Below are positions 51,763 to 53,197 of a stretch of DNA of 53,197 bases, piece after piece; within the stretch, counting starts at the first letter, position 1, and every line of letters begins with the position of its first letter. The notes beneath the pieces were generated by a model. That model was not told the DNA's origin. It made no database searches and saw only the letters and a program-made list of their open reading frames with translations. The position numbers were made by a program, and so were the translations under genes. This stretch comes from Candidatus Woesebacteria bacterium (GTDB lineage: Bacteria; Patescibacteriota; Microgenomatia; UBA1400; MFAQ01): NCBI GenBank assembly GCA_035389185.1, contig DAOORK010000001.1:576218-629414 (forward strand), given 5' to 3'.

Positions 51763-53197
51763 TTTTGGTCTTGGTAAATCCAATTAAAGACTGGTGCTAC
51801 TTTACCAAACACCGATTCACCTTCCTCTAAGAGCAGGAGTTCATATTTAATTTTATCAGGATTTATCGCCTCTAGTTGTTTCATTTCTTTTTCTGCCGCT
51901 TCGTTTCTGAATGGTTTACCTTTAACTTCGACTATAAGCGACTTGCCATCCTTCTTTCTGATCAAGAAATCAGGTGTATATGAATGCCAGTCGCCTTTAT
52001 TGTCTTTATACTCAAACGCAAAGTCGGTTTTTTCCCTATCCGTAAGTGCGCCTGTAAAATAAATGTCCTCAACATTATCTGGATCTTCGCCGAGTTTGTC
52101 TAGCATTTGCTCAAAGAAGGCTCTTTCGTCTTCCGAGTCAAAGTTGTAAGGGTCGTAGTGAAACCCAAACAACGGCATCTGTCCTGCCTTCTTTTTGTAG
52201 GTCTTGGTATCTAAGACATACTTTTCTAGATTGTCCTTATTGACCCTGATATGAGTAACATAAGAGGTCTTGCCGTCTTCTACTTCTTCCTCAAAGCCTT
52301 TAGTTTTGATAAGCGCCAATGCTTCTTCGACTGTCTCAGTAGTTACTTTGTATTTAATAACCTGCTTTTCTAGTTGTAGGCGGACAAGCTCTAGGTCAAT
52401 TGCAGACATCTCTCCTTCTGGATAGAGAGGGGCAAGAAGCTTATAAACCTCTAGGGAATCAAGGCGATAGGTGTGAGTCAGTAGGACAGCTGCCTGGTAT
52501 AAATCGACCTTTACATCCCTGGGTTTCGATTTTTCGCTGTCAACTTCAACCAGGACACCTTTCCTCTGGGTTTTGGACATGGTGTAAATAGTCTTCTCAA
52601 GCCCTTCTATGGCGTCAGATTTGGGCTTATCGACCTTCAAGGCGGTAGATGTGTTGTCTTCGGGCACAATCTTTTGGATGAGTTTCTTGATAATAACTGG
52701 CTCAATCTCTAGTTTTTTGAGAGTTATCTTAACTGGGTAAGTATCGGTCTTGGCTCGGTTGAGATCATCTAAGCCTTCTCCAAAAGTCTCCTGTAGCTGG
52801 CGGTCAAGCACAGAGACATTGGCTTTGGAGAGATAAATCTTGGCTTTCTTGGTATTGCCGTTCACCTGTCTTAAACACCTGCTTGCTGCCTGAAGCACGA
52901 AGTTGTTGCTCGACGAGAGTTTTCTAGCAAGCGCGGTAGCAAATAAGGATAAGCAGTTCCATCCCTCAGTTCCCTTGTTGACCAGCAAAAACACTCTATA
53001 AGGCAGATGTGGGTCGTTGATGCGGTTGTCAAAGAGATCTTTGATATCTTCTGGTGATTTATTATGGACTGGTAAGACGACTGATGGGTCAAGTTTCAGG
53101 GAGATGAGAGTTTGTTCGACAATTGGTTTAGCTTGATCCAAGTCATCAACCTGGGGGAAGTAGATCGCCAGTTTTGCGTATTCGCCGTTATTGACTC
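51759..53197 (-). CDS. res: Type III restriction enzyme Res subunit (C-terminal part; N-terminus lies beyond the window edge)
   Basis: Helicase motifs V-VI (LLVNKGTEGWNCLSL, QAASRCLRQ). C-terminal PD-(D/E)xK endonuclease motif (YTPDFLIRKKDGKSLIVEVKGK). The frame stays open from 53141 to position 53197. Confidence 0.8.
   Translation of the reverse strand, partial: VNNGEYAKLAIYFPQVDDLDQAKPIVEQTLISLKLDPSVVLPVHNKSPEDIKDLFDNRINDPHLPYRVFLLVNKGTEGWNCLSLFATALARKLSSSNNFVLQAASRCLRQVNGNTKKAKIYLSKANVSVLDRQLQETFGEGLDDLNRAKTDTYPVKITLKKLEIEPVIIKKLIQKIVPEDNTSTALKVDKPKSDAIEGLEKTIYTMSKTQRKGVLVEVDSEKSKPRDVKVDLYQAAVLLTHTYRLDSLEVYKLLAPLYPEGEMSAIDLELVRLQLEKQVIKYKVTTETVEEALALIKTKGFEEEVEDGKTSYVTHIRVNKDNLEKYVLDTKTYKKKAGQMPLFGFHYDPYNFDSEDERAFFEQMLDKLGEDPDNVEDIYFTGALTDREKTDFAFEYKDNKGDWHSYTPDFLIRKKDGKSLIVEVKGKPFRNEAAEKEMKQLEAINPDKIKYELLLLEEGESVFGKVAPVFNWIYQDQK

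Larger units (their letters stand above)
42217..53197. mobile_element. Putative integrated mobile element or defence island at tRNA-Asn (far boundary not in the window)
   Basis: A serine integrase abuts and overlaps the tRNA 3' end. It is followed by small phage/CPR-type genes, an OLD-family nuclease operon and a Type III R-M pair. No housekeeping genes occur in this stretch. Confidence 0.55.

Noticed and set aside
1-53197. Possible alternative genetic code (UGA recoding, as in Gracilibacteria/Absconditabacteria), given the CPR-like gene content.
   Set aside because: Conserved proteins (DnaA, DnaN, VirB4, DnaG, RpoD, UppS, kinase) are full-length in the standard-code track. Several well-supported genes terminate at TGA in sensible positions (for example the res stop in the ATGA junction at 51759-51762 and the small membrane protein stop at 25076-25078).
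1-53197. CRISPR arrays, rRNA genes and IS-type transposases.
   Set aside because: I saw no regularly spaced direct repeats, no rRNA-like conserved stretches and no DDE transposase motifs. The only repeats found are the pilin paralogs, the promoter and ORF duplication at the tRNA-Ser genes, the 22-nt tRNA-end repeat and the twin terminators.

Overview
The window looks like the origin-proximal region of a small, gene-dense bacterial chromosome using the standard genetic code. I infer a Patescibacteria/CPR-like organism from the many lineage-specific hypothetical proteins, the arrays of tiny two-helix pilin genes and the overlapping gene ends; I ran no database search. Order along the window: (1) 1-3 kb holds dnaA, a DnaA-box-rich spacer (candidate oriC) and dnaN. 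(2) 3-22.4 kb is an almost entirely minus-strand type IV secretion-like or pilus cluster. It has a VirB4 ATPase, a PrgI/VirB3-like protein, a VirB6/TrbL-like polytopic protein, an M23-peptidase fusion, large Cys-rich secreted proteins and nine paralogous VirB2/TrbC-like mini-pilins; uppS sits inside the pilin array. No coupling protein or relaxase is visible. (3) 22.5-29.7 kb holds envelope genes (a SpoIID-domain protein and membrane proteins), smpB plus tmRNA, and comF. (4) 29.7-34.1 kb is a tRNA island with five Ser-type tRNAs (one with the unusual anticodon ACU), two tRNA-Arg and a tRNA-derived fragment. It also carries two paralogous LAGLIDADG-like ORFs that share a near-identical promoter and each terminate 15 nt inside a tRNA-Ser gene. 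(5) 34.2-41.9 kb holds a sensor kinase with a receiver-only regulator, dnaG-rpoD, tdk, a holin-family membrane protein and small unknowns. (6) From tRNA-Asn (42.1 kb) to the window end lies an apparent integrated element. Its large serine recombinase gene reads into the tRNA. It also carries small phage/CPR-type genes, a candidate three-gene defence operon (KTSC protein, OLD-family ATPase-TOPRIM nuclease, PD-(D/E)xK-like partner) and a Type III restriction-modification pair cut off by the window edge. All calls come from reading motifs in the supplied translations and the DNA. No searches or folding programs were run.
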